37,810 nt of DNA from a virus, in UHGV virus genome UHGV-0122784. One strand, 5' to 3'. Position numbers and translations under genes: made by a program. This document shows positions 37,780 to 37,810 of the stretch, in pieces. The notes beneath the pieces were generated by a model. The model was not told the origin of the DNA. It saw nothing but the letters and a program-made list of their open reading frames with translations, and made no database searches. The stretch's first letter is position 1. The number at the start of each line of letters is the position of its first letter.

Positions 37780-37810
37780 AAGCAGTAATTAATACATCTG
37801 TTTCATTTGA
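37780..37810. repeat. Beginning of the attR region (innermost right-end transposase site region), truncated by window end
   Basis: ...CTGTTTCATTTGA resembles the TTTCA-N-GAA core of Mu end sites; the remainder is outside the window. Confidence 0.3.

Larger units (their letters stand above)
1316..37810. mobile_element. Mu/D108-family transposable prophage (Mu-like transposable phage), left end complete, right end ~0.2 kb beyond window
   Basis: Left terminus TGTATTGATTCACTTGAAGTACGAAAA; full canonical Mu gene order c-ner-A-B ... gin-com-mom; MuA and MuB proteins recognised; invertible G segment with gix sites. Confidence 0.97.

Noticed and set aside
1-37810. Search for CRISPR arrays, tRNA/rRNA genes, IS elements, toxin-antitoxin pairs or restriction-modification genes
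   Set aside because: No regularly spaced direct repeats, no tRNA-like cloverleaf candidates and no methyltransferase or nuclease motifs were noticed outside the canonical Mu genes; the only DNA-modification function is Mom. Small early ORFs remain unassigned and are flagged separately.

Overview
The window holds about 1.3 kb of enterobacterial chromosome followed, from position 1316 to the window end, by an almost complete Mu/D108-family transposable prophage. The host part is an ABC-importer locus: a ydcT-like ATPase on the minus strand and the 3' remnant of the upstream ydcS-like binding-protein gene, which the prophage left end interrupts. The phage left end reads TGTATTGATTCACTTGAAGTACGAAAA at 1316; the right end should lie roughly 0.2 kb beyond the window. 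Gene order is the canonical Mu order: attL (L1-L3), c (leftward), operator, ner, A, B, kil plus about ten small early ORFs including gam, gemA, mor, the early terminator, a short middle operon, C, the lysis genes (lys, overlapping spanins, releasin), terminase, portal H, F, G, I/Z, T, head-completion genes, sheath L, tube M, tail chaperone, tape measure Y, N, baseplate P/Q/V/W/R, tail-fibre S/U inside the invertible G segment (G(+) orientation, S'/U' on the other strand), gin, com, mom. The immunity module (c, ner, the first ~65 codons of A, and the Ner operator) does not match canonical Mu as I recall it and looks D108-type. I do not see a convincing novel multi-gene system. The parts least explained by textbook Mu biology are: (i) a 119-codon gene on the opposite strand embedded in the early operon just upstream of gemA; (ii) a GH108-like muramidase ORF heading the middle operon, separate from the endolysin; (iii) several small early ORFs, including a Cys4 zinc-ribbon protein; and (iv) a +1-frame ORF bridging the tail-chaperone gene to the tape-measure gene, which may mark a programmed frameshift. 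All calls come from reading the sequence and the supplied ORF track against recalled protein families; no database search or computation was run, so protein identities are recollection-based.
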